Source: an uncultured Ignavibacteriota bacterium
GTDB taxonomy: Bacteria > Bacteroidota > Ignavibacteria > Palsa-1295
Reading direction: 5' to 3'
NCBI GenBank assembly: GCA_903900335.1
Contig: CAIUMP010000024.1
Location: forward strand, 22,774 to 86,773
DNA length: 64,000 bases
The position numbers and the translations under genes were made by a program. Shown one piece after another: positions 20,781 to 32,003 of this stretch. Within the stretch, counting starts at the first letter, position 1, and each line of letters starts with the position of its first letter. Under the pieces are notes generated by a model. It had not been told where the DNA came from and ran no database searches. It saw only the letters and a program-made list of their open reading frames with translations.

Positions 20781-21824
20781 TTGCGTAAGACCATTTCAAG
20801 ACCATTGCACGATCACCCATTTATCGAGAAGACACGCGCCGCGCTCGCGAAGCTCGGTGTTCGCAATGACGCCTCACTTCTTGTCGCCGTGAGTGGCGGA
20901 CCAGACTCGCTCGCGCTGCTGCACACTCTCGTTCAATTGAGGGACTCGGCGGCTATCCGTAGAGTGGTGGTCGCGCATGTGAACCACACGCTGCGTACTT
21001 CTTCCAATGACGATCAACGCATCGTAGAGGAGTATGGCTCGCAGTGGAATGTCCCGATAGAGGTCAAGCACGCGGAGACGGCACGTATTGCGGAAGAGAC
21101 CAGGAAGGGCATCGAAGAGACCGCGCGGAATATTCGCTATGAGTTTTTCGCGGAAGTTGCGGCGAAGCATGGATGTCACTTCGTTGTTACCGCACACACA
21201 GCCAACGACCAGGCCGAGACGGTTATCATGAATATGATTCGCGGGGCAGGCGTGCGCGGACTTGCTGGGATCCCCACAAAGCGGCCGCTTGGCAATGTGC
21301 AGGTGATTCGCCCGTGGCTCGGTGTGACACGAAAGGAAATTGACGAATACATCACGCTTCACCAACTCTCCCCGATACAGGACGAATCAAACCAAACCCT
21401 TACCTATCAACGCAATCGCGTTCGACATGCAGTCCTACCCGCGTTGGAAGCAGCTTACCCGGATCGCTCACCAGTTACTGCGATCGCTGGCCTTGCTTCC
21501 CGGATGCGAGAGCTTTCCACATTCCTCGATCATGTGACGGAAGAGAAGCTCGAAATGCTGCGGGATCATGGCGGCCTTTCACTCGCGGGTCTAGCAAATC
21601 TCACAGGCTTTCCTCTTCATGCCGTCATGGAAGGTTGGATCAATGCGAGTTTGACGATGCTCTTCAAAACTGAACCGACGCCGAGCTACCGACTTTCGGC
21701 CGATGAAGCACGGCGCATCGAGGACTTTCTGACGACGAATGACATGGCACTCGAACTGCGTCGCGGACTTCGACTCCGCAAGTCGGGGAAGGTGCTGCGC
21801 ATCAGCAAAGCGGTTCGTCCTTGA
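20781..21824 (+). CDS. tilS: tRNA(Ile)-lysidine synthetase
   Basis: PP-loop VAVSGGPDSLALL, HVNHTLR and TAHTANDQAETV motifs. TTG start. Confidence 0.9.
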   Translation: MRKTISRPLHDHPFIEKTRAALAKLGVRNDASLLVAVSGGPDSLALLHTLVQLRDSAAIRRVVVAHVNHTLRTSSNDDQRIVEEYGSQWNVPIEVKHAETARIAEETRKGIEETARNIRYEFFAEVAAKHGCHFVVTAHTANDQAETVIMNMIRGAGVRGLAGIPTKRPLGNVQVIRPWLGVTRKEIDEYITLHQLSPIQDESNQTLTYQRNRVRHAVLPALEAAYPDRSPVTAIAGLASRMRELSTFLDHVTEEKLEMLRDHGGLSLAGLANLTGFPLHAVMEGWINASLTMLFKTEPTPSYRLSADEARRIEDFLTTNDMALELRRGLRLRKSGKVLRISKAVRP

Positions 21825-21871
21825 TTGGTAGCGCACGGGGAGCATTTCGTAATCATCGGAGTTCTCCAACA

Positions 21872-23962
21872 ATGCGTCTTTTCAAACACCTTCTCATTAC
21901 CGCATTTCTCCTCCTCGCCACGCGACTTCCTGCGCAGTGGCATCAGCTTCCGGGGCCTCCCGGAGGTTGGTCGACAGACATCACGCAAAGCACGTACACG
22001 GGCTTCGTCTATGCCGCAACACAACACGGAGTATATGTATCTAAGGATCACCAGAAGTCGTGGGGGAAAGTTGGCACACAGAGTCCATCCTTTAGCCGCA
22101 TTCAATCATGCCCGGTACCGCAGACGGAGGTTCTCTTCGCCGCGACCGACACGGAGCTCTACCGTTCGATGGATAGCGGGGCGTCTTGGCTGAAAGTTTA
22201 TCAAAGCACCGAGTATATCTCCGACATTATTTGTGATTCCGTCAACGTCTGGGTTGCATTGTACGATAGCGGAGTGGTGCACTCGCAGACGCTCGGCAAG
22301 AACTGGTCAATGCTTCCAGAAACCAAGTATCCCGGCGGCGTGGAGACGATGGTGCGAAGTGGAAATTACTTCATCGCCATCGGCGAGGGGATAGGTCTGT
22401 GGCGTGTGCCGATCGCGGGAGGAGCCTGGGATACTCCCTCGAACAGCTTCCTTTGGGTCGATGCTTTGGCCACAGATGGTGAAGAAGTATTTGTCGGAGG
22501 CACGAACGGCGTATTTGTTTCCACCGACCACGGCGCATCTTGGATTCATCCCTCGAACAGCGGTATCAGCGGGATCGTACACATGGGAAAGTTCGCCGTC
22601 AATGGCCTGAAGATGGTCGCGAATGTTGCGAGTTCGCGAAGCATGTTTGCATCCTCTGACGGGGCGCGCACATGGACGCGCATCGATTCCGCCGGAAGAT
22701 TTCCGATGTACAACGATCCCAACACTCTCGTCTTTCTCGATCACAAATTCATCGCCGCTACTCCATCAGGCATCCTCATTTCACCTGATGGCGTAACATG
22801 GAATTATGCTGATAGCGGATTCATCTCCGCCCCGATCCTCGATCTCGCATCGCTTGGTGATACCCTCTTTGCCGAGACATGGAGGGGCATCTTCACTTCG
22901 GCAGATTCTGGTATGACGTGGCTCGCGCCGCCATTCGCGGAGAGTTTCGGGTATCCGCTATCGGCCCGGTTACAAAACGTGAATGGCAGACTCTACCAAT
23001 CTACAAGTTCTGCTCTCTTGCGACACAATGGACTGACTTGGGACTCTCTCGTCTATGGTCCTGCAAGAGTAGCATTTCAAAATTCAATGTTGTACACTGC
23101 TGCCGGGACACGCGGTGTCTTTCGTAGCGCCGATGATGGCGCGTCATGGCTTCCCGGCTCGAACGGGCTGCCGCTTGGTATCAACGTTATCGAAGACATC
23201 ATCGCGCATAACGGGAAGCTCTATGCGCTGTCGGTTGACTCGGTAAAGGATCTCGAAATCTTTCAATCGGATGATGGAGCGCAGACGTGGAATTCCGTTC
23301 ACAAGTTTCCCTTGTCAGGTGGCATCGTCTCCTCGGCCAGTTCGACATCCAATATTTTCATCGCTGATAGCGGCCTCGTCGCAAGCACGGACAACGGCTT
23401 AAATTGGACATACTCCGGTCCGTCCGCGGATTTACCGATTCGATTCTTAAAAGAGAGTGGTGGTGATGTTCTTGCAAGTTATGTCTCAAGGAATGGATCG
23501 ACTCCAGCGTCCGGTTTGTGGAAGTTATCAGATCATGGCCCAGTGACACAGCTTCTGTGGGATGACAGCACCTCCGCCATCACCGGCTTTGCAACGGACG
23601 CGCACAATGCTTACGTCGGCACGGCGTCCAAAGGCATCTGGCGGGCAGCCCGAACCACCCTGCCTCTCGATGTTCTGCGCACAGCACTTGGAGCTGAAAT
23701 AGGCGCGCTCTCCATCTTCCCCAACCCCCTCACCACCAAAACCACCGTCACCGTCACCTTCTCCCTCCCCGAGCGCGAGCGCGTTTCGCTTAAACTCTAT
23801 GACGAACTTGGCATCCTGCGCAGCATCATCTTCGATGGTGAGCGCGAGGCCGGGGCAGTGGAGATTCCGTTTGAGGATAGGACGCTGTCGAATGGCGTCT
23901 ATTCCGCCGTGCTCTCGGCGGGTATGACCCGGGCTGTGGGGCGCGTGGTGGTTGAGCGATAA
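21872..23962 (+). CDS. Secreted BNR/Asp-box repeat (Ycf48/sialidase-like propeller) protein with a T9SS C-terminal domain
   Basis: Signal peptide MRLFKHLLITAFLLLA. Multiple SxDxGxxW boxes (SMDSGASW, STDHGASW, SSDGARTW, SADDGASW, SDDGAQTW, STDNGLNW). The CTD reads LSIFPNPLTTKTTVTV...LKLYDELG. Confidence 0.75.
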   Translation: MRLFKHLLITAFLLLATRLPAQWHQLPGPPGGWSTDITQSTYTGFVYAATQHGVYVSKDHQKSWGKVGTQSPSFSRIQSCPVPQTEVLFAATDTELYRSMDSGASWLKVYQSTEYISDIICDSVNVWVALYDSGVVHSQTLGKNWSMLPETKYPGGVETMVRSGNYFIAIGEGIGLWRVPIAGGAWDTPSNSFLWVDALATDGEEVFVGGTNGVFVSTDHGASWIHPSNSGISGIVHMGKFAVNGLKMVANVASSRSMFASSDGARTWTRIDSAGRFPMYNDPNTLVFLDHKFIAATPSGILISPDGVTWNYADSGFISAPILDLASLGDTLFAETWRGIFTSADSGMTWLAPPFAESFGYPLSARLQNVNGRLYQSTSSALLRHNGLTWDSLVYGPARVAFQNSMLYTAAGTRGVFRSADDGASWLPGSNGLPLGINVIEDIIAHNGKLYALSVDSVKDLEIFQSDDGAQTWNSVHKFPLSGGIVSSASSTSNIFIADSGLVASTDNGLNWTYSGPSADLPIRFLKESGGDVLASYVSRNGSTPASGLWKLSDHGPVTQLLWDDSTSAITGFATDAHNAYVGTASKGIWRAARTTLPLDVLRTALGAEIGALSIFPNPLTTKTTVTVTFSLPERERVSLKLYDELGILRSIIFDGEREAGAVEIPFEDRTLSNGVYSAVLSAGMTRAVGRVVVER

Positions 23963-24040
23963 AACTATCCTGCGAAGAGGCACGTTCGTGATTTGAAGGG
24001 TCATGCGTGTTGGTGATCCTTTGCATCGCCGCTACTACTT

Positions 24041-24628
24041 ATGATGATCCTCGATAATTACTTTCCGTCCCCCATTGGCCGCGAAGAGCACCCGGAGTGG
24101 CTTGAGAAAATGCTGCCCATCCTCGATGAGATCTTCCGTGGACCGAAGGAAAATCTGCGCAGTGATTTCTACCACAACGGCGAGACCACTTATGGCAAGC
24201 GCTCCATCCATACGGAGCCACAGTTCGCGGAGTTCGTGAAGTTCATTCAGGAGCGCGCCTGTAATTTTCTGGAGTTGCAGGGATACGATTCCAGCAGGGT
24301 GCACTGGAATCCCTCCTTTTTCGCGAACTCCTTCCGCAAGGGCACCACGCATCCGAAGCATGTGCACTCGCAATGTACCGTCTCTGGGATATTCTATCTC
24401 CAGACACCACCCGGCTCGGCAAACATCATCTTTCACCCGAACCAGCCCTTCCGCGATTTCTTCGACTACATGTTCTACGTCAAGGATCCGAACAACTGGT
24501 GGGCAAAGCAGAACGCCGTCTATACCCCCTATCCCGGCCTTCTTATGATGTGGCCATCATGGCTGTACCACGAGGTGCCTGCCAATAACTCGGAGCAGCC
24601 AAGGACTTCGATCGTCTTTAATCTGTAG
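24041..24628 (+). CDS. Putative 2OG-Fe(II) oxygenase-fold protein (TIGR02466-like)
   Basis: 195 aa; HVHSQCTVSGIFYLQTP and SWLYHEVPAN resemble the His/Asp...His facial triad of this family. The assignment comes from motif memory only. Confidence 0.55.
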   Translation: MMILDNYFPSPIGREEHPEWLEKMLPILDEIFRGPKENLRSDFYHNGETTYGKRSIHTEPQFAEFVKFIQERACNFLELQGYDSSRVHWNPSFFANSFRKGTTHPKHVHSQCTVSGIFYLQTPPGSANIIFHPNQPFRDFFDYMFYVKDPNNWWAKQNAVYTPYPGLLMMWPSWLYHEVPANNSEQPRTSIVFNL

Positions 24629-24956
24629 CGCCGAGTAGGTTTATCCTGCGCCTTCATTTCGACCCCAATAAATTCGGCGGTTGCGCGTCTTCTACTGGCG
24701 CGGTAATTGTCGGAACCATGATTTTAAGCGATTTCGTAGATGGGGAAGATGGGGAGGGGAAGCCACTCTCACAAATCTCCCTGATCTCCTAAAATCAAGT
24801 GCCTGCCCTGAGCCTGTCGAAGGGCTCCGACGTTCCCGAACTCTCGTTATGGGGTGGACGTTGAGCATTTCGGAGGGTTTCGGCTCTCTGCTGCCGTAAC
24901 GGTCAGAACCCGTGCGCGTATAGGATGGGCTCACGGTGGCCCACAAGTAACACAGA

Positions 24957-27221
24957 ATGTCAGAAACAACGAATCCATCCGGCCCCCTCTTCATGGGGAC
25001 CGAACCAGAAACCATCGAATCCAAAGCTCCGACAGAGACGCAGACGAAAGCGCCTGGGCCGCAGGGTGCTCCGCCTTCTACCAACGGCAAGCGTCGCCCG
25101 GTTTCTACCGGCACGCCCGGCCCGCAGCAGCCTCGTCCACAAACTCCACGCAAACCTGCCAGCTCTGGCGGCGGTCCGAAAGACGAAATGGATTTCGGCC
25201 ACATCATGCGCACTGTGCTGCTTTGGGCTGCCATGCTTTTGGGAGTGGTATTCCTCGTGGTCATCTTCAATCGGAATAATAATCCGGGTGAGATTGAGGT
25301 CTCGACGACAGAATATCAGAGGTTGCTCGATCAGGGGTTGATCGCTGCCGGCAAGGTAGAGCAATACGGTCTAAACCAAAATCGCTTTCATGGGACTCTG
25401 AAGGGAGTCTCGCGGGTGCAGAGCATCGAGAACGGACCGAAGGACACGAAGAGCATCATTACGAACCTCATCCCGGAGACGCTCAACGATCAATACAAAG
25501 AGTGGCGAGATAAGGGAGTGAACGTCACAAAGACGGACAACTCCGGCGGTTTGACGGAGAGTCTGCTGCAATTTTTGCCCTGGATCATCTTGATGGCCGC
25601 GTTCTTCTTCATCACCCGCCGGATGCAGAATCAGGGCGGCATGGGCGGCGGCGGACCGAAGGGCATCTTCAGTTTTGGACGGTCACGTGCAAAGCTTCAG
25701 ACAGAGGGCGCACCCAAGGTAACGTTCGGAGATGTTGCTGGTGCGGATGAAGCGAAAGTAGAGCTTGCCGAGATCATCGAGTTTCTAAAAGAGCCATCGA
25801 AATTCCAGAAGCTGGGTGGCAAGATTCCGCGCGGCGTGTTGCTCCTCGGGCCTCCTGGCACAGGCAAGACGCTTCTGGCACGCGCCGTCGCTGGTGAAGC
25901 AGGTGTACCATTCCTTTCTATCTCAGGTGCAGACTTTGTCGAGATGTTCGTCGGCGTTGGCGCATCGCGTGTACGCGATCTGTTTGATCAGGCGAAGAAG
26001 CATGCTCCGTGTATCGTCTTCATCGATGAGATCGACGCAGTCGGTCGTCATCGTGGCGCCGGACTTGGCGGCGGTCACGACGAGCGCGAACAGACGCTCA
26101 ACCAGTTGCTTGTCGAGATGGACGGCTTCGATCAGAATAATGGTGTCATCATCATGGCCGCAACGAACAGGCCGGATGTGCTCGACCCCGCGCTGCTTCG
26201 CCCCGGCCGCTTTGACAGACAAGTGGTAGTTGATCGCCCCGATGTTCGAGGCCGCGAGGGTATCTTCAAAGTTCACACGCGCAACACACCGCTTGGCAGC
26301 GATGTCGATCTCGATGCACTCGCTCGTGGAACTCCTGGGCTTTCCGGCGCGGACATTGCGAACCTCGTAAACGAAGCCGCACTCCTTGCTGCACGTCGCG
26401 GCGGTGACCGTCTCACGATGTACGACTTCGAGAATGCGAAGGACAAAGTGATGATGGGCATCGAGCGGAAGTCTGCCATCATCAGCGATGAAGAGAAGAA
26501 GACTACTGCGTACCACGAGTGTGGGCACGTCATCGTGGCGCGCTCGATACCTGAGGCAGATCCCGTGCATAAGGTGACGATCATTCCACGCGGACGAGCA
26601 CTTGGCGTAACACACTATTTACCGGTGGATGAGAAGCACACGTACTCGCGCAATTACCTCGAGGCGGTGATCTCCTACGCACTCGGTGGTCGCGCAGCGG
26701 AGAAGCTGGTGTTCAACCAGATCACAACCGGTGCCGGCAACGACATCGAACGGGCGACAGACATCGCTCGTAAGATGGTCTGCGACTGGGGAATGTCTGA
26801 TAAGCTTGGTCCACTGAAATATGGACAAGCAGAGCAGGAGGTCTTCCTCGGACGCGACATGGGGCATCAGAAGACCTTCTCTGACACGACAGCGCGTATC
26901 ATTGACGAGGAGATTCGCCATCTGGTCGAAAGCGGTGCTGCACGAGCAGAGTCGATTCTCGCGGAGAAGGTGGACATTCTACACAAGATGTCCATCGCCC
27001 TCTTAGAACATGAGACACTCGACGCTGGTGAGATCGACATACTGATGAGCGGTGGCGAGTTGCCACCGTTCGACAAAGAGAATCGGACCTTCAACATCTC
27101 GAAGGCGGTCGAGGCTCTTCGGAAAGCATCGGAAAGCAAACAGACTTCGAATGGGCAGTCGGACGGCGCCGGTGCCCCGGAGACCACGATTGGCCCAGGA
27201 GAAAACGGGGATTCGCTCTAA
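24957..27221 (+). CDS. ftsH: ATP-dependent zinc metalloprotease FtsH with an ~80-aa Pro/Thr-rich N-terminal extension
   Basis: Walker [19 protein letters not shown], Walker [34 protein letters not shown] and zinc site HECGH. Confidence 0.95.
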   Translation: MSETTNPSGPLFMGTEPETIESKAPTETQTKAPGPQGAPPSTNGKRRPVSTGTPGPQQPRPQTPRKPASSGGGPKDEMDFGHIMRTVLLWAAMLLGVVFLVVIFNRNNNPGEIEVSTTEYQRLLDQGLIAAGKVEQYGLNQNRFHGTLKGVSRVQSIENGPKDTKSIITNLIPETLNDQYKEWRDKGVNVTKTDNSGGLTESLLQFLPWIILMAAFFFITRRMQNQGGMGGGGPKGIFSFGRSRAKLQTEGAPKVTFGDVAGADEAKVELAEIIEFLKEPSKFQKLGGKIPRGVLLLGPPGTGKTLLARAVAGEAGVPFLSISGADFVEMFVGVGASRVRDLFDQAKKHAPCIVFIDEIDAVGRHRGAGLGGGHDEREQTLNQLLVEMDGFDQNNGVIIMAATNRPDVLDPALLRPGRFDRQVVVDRPDVRGREGIFKVHTRNTPLGSDVDLDALARGTPGLSGADIANLVNEAALLAARRGGDRLTMYDFENAKDKVMMGIERKSAIISDEEKKTTAYHECGHVIVARSIPEADPVHKVTIIPRGRALGVTHYLPVDEKHTYSRNYLEAVISYALGGRAAEKLVFNQITTGAGNDIERATDIARKMVCDWGMSDKLGPLKYGQAEQEVFLGRDMGHQKTFSDTTARIIDEEIRHLVESGAARAESILAEKVDILHKMSIALLEHETLDAGEIDILMSGGELPPFDKENRTFNISKAVEALRKASESKQTSNGQSDGAGAPETTIGPGENGDSL

Positions 27222-27255
27222 GAAATGGCCCTCAGTGGCCGAGAATTCACCTTTT

Positions 27256-27292
27256 GGCGGGTATGCTGTTCTCAGAGCATACCCGCCTTTTT
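27256..27292 (+). terminator. Rho-independent terminator of ftsH
   Basis: ggcgggtatgct (27256-27267) pairs with agcatacccgcc (27276-27287) and is followed by tttttg. Confidence 0.7.
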
Positions 27293-27364
27293 GTATCTCT
27301 TGCTTCGTCGCCTGGAATTGGTTATATTTGAATTCCTGCGTCGCAGGAAATTGAGCCTTTTTTC

Positions 27365-27691
27365 ATGCCAAAGATGTCGGGCATCCTCCTGATGTCCGCC
27401 CCCAAAACAGCCTTTGTTATGATGAGATTACTTCTTCAACAGCGGATCGCCTCCATGTGGGAGGCCGAACAGCACGTCTATAGCATCCCGGAATCCGGGA
27501 TGATGGCTTCGCCGCACTGGACCCGGTTGACGAGCGAGCACCGCGTGGGGCTTCGCAGCCGCGCGATCCAGATCTGGAAGAATTACCTGGACAATGACGA
27601 AGCCCTCGTCCCTCATCCGCCCATTCTGATTCCAGAGTATCGCCACATGCTCACTCAACCAGACGGCGAGTTGATTGTTGAGGAGAATTAG
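27365..27691 (+). CDS. Hypothetical small protein
   Basis: 108-aa ORF with no recognisable motif. Coding status is uncertain. Confidence 0.3.
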   Translation: MPKMSGILLMSAPKTAFVMMRLLLQQRIASMWEAEQHVYSIPESGMMASPHWTRLTSEHRVGLRSRAIQIWKNYLDNDEALVPHPPILIPEYRHMLTQPDGELIVEEN

Positions 27692-27740
27692 CTCGGCCAC
27701 GCCCTGAACGATTAGTTGTCCAAAGTTGCTTTTGAAAACC

Positions 27741-28694
27741 ATGAAGCAACTACTCCTTTTTCTACTCCTTTTGCTCCAGACTCAGTACACTCTGGCGCAG
27801 TCCGTAGATTCAACTCTCTTCACGGAGAGCCCAATTGTGTTAAGCACTGCCACTGGAAATCTCTATGGAACACTGTGCATGCCCACGAAGTCAGAGCATC
27901 CTCCTGTTGCTCTCTTCCTTGCTGGTTCTGGTGCGACAAGTAGGGATGGCAACAGTGGTACGGCCGTAACTAATGACGCGTACAAGATACTGGCGCACCG
28001 GCTGACGCTCTCAGGTATCGCGAGTGTTCGATTCGATAAGCGCGGTGTGGGTGAAAGTATCTGGGCCGCCAAGAGTGAGCTGTCGCTTCGCTTCGATGAT
28101 TATATTGATGACGCGAAAGCTTGGGTGGATACCCTTCGTGCGAGCCATCGTTTTAGCAGGATCATTGTGATCGGTCATAGTGAGGGATCTCTCGTCGGGT
28201 TGGCGGCGTGCGGCGCTGCGGACAAGTGCGTTTCAATTGCTGGTGCAGGCCGCACGATCGATCAGGTGTTAAAGGAGCAACTGAAAGACTTTCCAAACCC
28301 TCTGCGGGACTCCGCCTATGCCGTACTTGATTCCCTAGCGGTCGGCCGGCGCGTACCCAAGCCCCCAAAGAGATTCCTGAATCTCTTGCGACCGAGCGTC
28401 CAACCATACATGATCTCCTGGATAAAACACAGTCCTCAATCGGAGATCAAGGCGCTGAAGATTCCAGTTCTCATCCTCCAAGGTACCAAGGACATTCAAA
28501 TATCGGTCGAAGATGCAAAGCTGCTAGCGGCGGCAAATCCGAAAGCAAGACTGGTTTTGATCGAGGGAATGAACCATGTCTTTCGCCTGATTGCAGGAGA
28601 CATCGCGGAAAACCGGAAGAGCTACTTTGATGCAGCGTTGCCGATCTCCGATCAATTGGTGCATGAGATCGCTGCATTCATCAACGCACGATAG
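27741..28694 (+). CDS. Secreted alpha/beta hydrolase
   Basis: Signal peptide MKQLLLFLLLLLQTQYTLAQ and nucleophile elbow GHSEGS. The stop codon directly abuts the stop of the convergent gene. Confidence 0.8.
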   Translation: MKQLLLFLLLLLQTQYTLAQSVDSTLFTESPIVLSTATGNLYGTLCMPTKSEHPPVALFLAGSGATSRDGNSGTAVTNDAYKILAHRLTLSGIASVRFDKRGVGESIWAAKSELSLRFDDYIDDAKAWVDTLRASHRFSRIIVIGHSEGSLVGLAACGAADKCVSIAGAGRTIDQVLKEQLKDFPNPLRDSAYAVLDSLAVGRRVPKPPKRFLNLLRPSVQPYMISWIKHSPQSEIKALKIPVLILQGTKDIQISVEDAKLLAAANPKARLVLIEGMNHVFRLIAGDIAENRKSYFDAALPISDQLVHEIAAFINAR

Positions 28695-31600
28695 CTACTC
28701 CTTTACAAATTGCTTCGACCACACGAATCCTCCGGATTCCACCCGGATCCGGTAGACACCACCAGGGAGTCCCGCAAGTGGAAACGTGATCTCTCCGGGT
28801 GAACCAAGGGTTAATTGAAGCGTGCGGGAGGACGTCACTCTGCCGAGAACATCTTCCATCGTAACGATCGCGCTTGCTTGCCCCGACCCATTCGACAAGT
28901 AAGGAAGTCGCACCTCTTCATGCGCTGGATTCGGTTGCGCGGCATCGAAATTGATCGGTTGATCCTTTAGCGTTGTCAGTAGCGTACCTCCACCGCAAAT
29001 GGAGTATGTTGTGTAGCTCTTTGGATTACTCGAATCAGAAATCACAGAAGTGATACAATCGAGGGGACCCGACTTCGCGGAGGTGAAGGATACACTATCA
29101 ATTCTGACCTGCGTGCTGGGATAGATAGAAAGAAACGTGCTGAAGTGCAGCGTCGCAAGAGTAGTGTCAGCAATGACGAACGAAAGATGATACATCTGAT
29201 GAGCGAATCCATTCGCGTCGCGATACTTCGCAGCTGCAGAAACAAACGGGTTATCGGAGCCGATATACCGAAGCACGTCATCGTTGTAGCTCAGTCGAAA
29301 ATCTAGCGACGTCACGTCCGGTGGCAGCAGCGTGTGCTGAACGATCTTGTAGGTGATTCCACTGCCAGGCAGGCTTCCATCCGCGCCACTCACCAACAAA
29401 CCCCAGGTCACCGGATATGTAATACCCCGCGAGAGGGTAACCGGCAGGAATGGCTGAGACGCGTCTGAAGTAAGGGTCATCGTGGCAAAATTCGTCGTCA
29501 CGCCACCGGAAGTGTCAATCCTGGAGCTGAGCCGCACTGTATCGGACTGCCCCCCCTCAATACAAAATGCACTCACCTGCCCAGCGGCAAGCACAAACGC
29601 GGGAGGAGCAAGTTGCACCGAACTGACGCAGACTCGCTCGCAACTGGGATTGTGGATCACCACAAAGGTATCTCGTTCCTCGCATACATACGTTTTGCCT
29701 ACATCAATCGCAGCAGAAAGTGATTGCAGTTGGGTCGGAAGTTTGAGAACAGTACAAGCAAGCACCACGGATGTATCAGCACCAACGCTGCCGTCCACGC
29801 GGCTATAATGTTGGATGAGATGATCCGTCTGAAGGCCGGAAGTCGTAGAGTGAAATTGGATTCGCCGAGTTAGCACTTCTCCAACCGCTAAAATAGTATC
29901 TTCAATATTCAGTAGCGTAAAGGGATTGCTTCCTCCAATATGAGCACTCGAGATGCGGAGGCTGTCGCAGCCGGTATTGCGGAGCGTTATCTCGATGATC
30001 GTGTCCGCACATCCGACGCGTGAACCAAGATCGAAACTGGTCGTGGACAAATGAAAACGATTCGGGTCATCGACAACCGTACAAGCAACAGCGACGGCCG
30101 TGTCGGCACCAAGCGCGCCATCCGAGCGGCTTATGTGCTGCGAAAGCAGATCGCTGTGCAGTCCGAGGATGCTTCCATGATAAGTGATCCTTCGTGTAAC
30201 CACTTCCCCGGGCGCAAGGATGGTGTCTTTTGAATTCAAGAGCGTGAATGGGTCCCCTTGCCCGAGATGCGTGTTGGTAACGCGCAAACTGTCGCAGCCA
30301 GTATTGCGAATACTCACCGACACGGTCGTATCAGCACAGAAGACTCGCGAACCAAGAGCAATGCTTTGCGATGAAAGTGTGACGCTTGGTGCGCCGACAG
30401 GTACAGTCGATGTAAGATCGACGTTCGTGATACCACCGCCTATACCGCTGGAAGGAATGAACGTATAGCTCAGTCTTTGTGAATACGTGCCGGGAGTACC
30501 AGGCGCGTAATGCACGTGGATCGTATCAAAGCCACCGGGAGGAACCCTGGCAGTGTCGGATGAGGGCGTGACACTCCATCCTGTAAGCAGTCCCAATTGC
30601 TGATGCGGAACACGGAGTGTATCGCAACCGATGTTGCGAAGAATCAGAATGGTGTCCGTTGCGGTACAAGGATTCGGAGAGACCATGTCCACCTTTGGCA
30701 CGGTAGCAACAAGTATAGACGAATTCGACGAATACTTGATGCTCACATAAATGATCGTATCGAACGGTGACTGCGGTGTGCCGTAGTAACCACGCACTCG
30801 AACCGCAACGGTAATGGCAGTATCCTTTGGAAGTGGATCCGCGACAAATTGAATGGTGTCGGTGACTGCGAAGAGAGAGTCGAACGGACGGATGGTTAAC
30901 ACGGGCGGAGTAGTCACGTCTGTTATCCGAACTTGCTGACAATTCGAATTGACAAGCGTTATCATCGCGGATTCTGCAGAACAGCCAACAGATAAAAGCG
31001 GCGGAGTCTGTAGCTTCAAAGCGGAAGAGGTAGTTGCATTTGCCATCCAAATGCCACCCGAGTCATCAAAGCAGACGATCGACTGTCCCTTGCAACCGAA
31101 GAGAATGAAACGTTGATCGTCATTGGCAGAGAGCTGCGCAACGCTTCCCGGCCCACCAATATTGCTCCACGTATTGCCACCATCCAAACTGATATTCATG
31201 CCTTTGACACCGTGGTAATACATTCGATTATCGGCACCATCCAGAAAATCGATGCCGAGCGTCAATGTTGGGTTCGGAAGGAAACCCCATGTTTGGCCTA
31301 AGTCGGTGGACTTCATGATCCATAGTGTGCCCACCTCGCTGATAGCATAATAGATTCTGTTGATCGTATCAGCATAGGCAGCAATGCCACCGGAGGCGTA
31401 GTTCGCTGGCAACGCGGAAATGAAGGTCCCCTGCTTCCATGTCTTGCCGCCGTCGGTCGAGTACATGGGTGCCGCGAGCTTCTTTTCGTCCACAGGCGAG
31501 GCCATCATATAGTTTACATCCATCCGGCCCACACTCGTACCAACCGTGGAAGGCAGGATAACGGCAGTACTCGTTGCATAATCCCAGTACATATCTGTGC

Positions 31601-32003
31601 CTTTTCCGCTGGCGGCAACAGACCAGTTTGCCCCGCGGTCCGTGGACTTCCACAACTCATCGAAATTCCAGCTCTGGGCATAGAGGGTTTTTCCGCCATC
31701 GAACGAGCGGATGTTGGAAACATATTGCGGAGTCTGCGGACACTGCGCCGGAAGCCATGTCATCCCATCCGTGGTGTAATAGATCACATCACCACCGACA
31801 ACGCCTTGCTGTGCATCCCAGAAATACCCGCACGAGAGCAATGCGCCTGCACCACCGGGATTAATAAAGCCGACTTGTTGCCACACAAGCGGCTGGCCAT
31901 TCGACGGAGCAGCCTGCCCACAGAGGATGAGGAAAGCCGCGATCAGTAACCCAACCAGATGTCTCATAGGATTCAGTTGAAGAGAAGTCACTATGGAAAA
32001 CAC
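28695..32003 (-). CDS. Large secreted BNR/Asp-box protein with tandem Ig-like (ASH/choice-of-anchor-like) domains and a T9SS C-terminal domain
   Basis: Asp-boxes STDRGANW, STDGGKTW, STDLGQTW and SLDGGNTW. Two near-duplicate ~105-aa modules (..GSRV.CADT...RNTGCDSLR..). The CTD reads AQPNPAHEEVRL...GVYRIRV. The true start is probably MRHLVG at 31967. Confidence 0.8.
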   Translation of the reverse strand: MFSIVTSLQLNPMRHLVGLLIAAFLILCGQAAPSNGQPLVWQQVGFINPGGAGALLSCGYFWDAQQGVVGGDVIYYTTDGMTWLPAQCPQTPQYVSNIRSFDGGKTLYAQSWNFDELWKSTDRGANWSVAASGKGTDMYWDYATSTAVILPSTVGTSVGRMDVNYMMASPVDEKKLAAPMYSTDGGKTWKQGTFISALPANYASGGIAAYADTINRIYYAISEVGTLWIMKSTDLGQTWGFLPNPTLTLGIDFLDGADNRMYYHGVKGMNISLDGGNTWSNIGGPGSVAQLSANDDQRFILFGCKGQSIVCFDDSGGIWMANATTSSALKLQTPPLLSVGCSAESAMITLVNSNCQQVRITDVTTPPVLTIRPFDSLFAVTDTIQFVADPLPKDTAITVAVRVRGYYGTPQSPFDTIIYVSIKYSSNSSILVATVPKVDMVSPNPCTATDTILILRNIGCDTLRVPHQQLGLLTGWSVTPSSDTARVPPGGFDTIHVHYAPGTPGTYSQRLSYTFIPSSGIGGGITNVDLTSTVPVGAPSVTLSSQSIALGSRVFCADTTVSVSIRNTGCDSLRVTNTHLGQGDPFTLLNSKDTILAPGEVVTRRITYHGSILGLHSDLLSQHISRSDGALGADTAVAVACTVVDDPNRFHLSTTSFDLGSRVGCADTIIEITLRNTGCDSLRISSAHIGGSNPFTLLNIEDTILAVGEVLTRRIQFHSTTSGLQTDHLIQHYSRVDGSVGADTSVVLACTVLKLPTQLQSLSAAIDVGKTYVCEERDTFVVIHNPSCERVCVSSVQLAPPAFVLAAGQVSAFCIEGGQSDTVRLSSRIDTSGGVTTNFATMTLTSDASQPFLPVTLSRGITYPVTWGLLVSGADGSLPGSGITYKIVQHTLLPPDVTSLDFRLSYNDDVLRYIGSDNPFVSAAAKYRDANGFAHQMYHLSFVIADTTLATLHFSTFLSIYPSTQVRIDSVSFTSAKSGPLDCITSVISDSSNPKSYTTYSICGGGTLLTTLKDQPINFDAAQPNPAHEEVRLPYLSNGSGQASAIVTMEDVLGRVTSSRTLQLTLGSPGEITFPLAGLPGGVYRIRVESGGFVWSKQFVKE

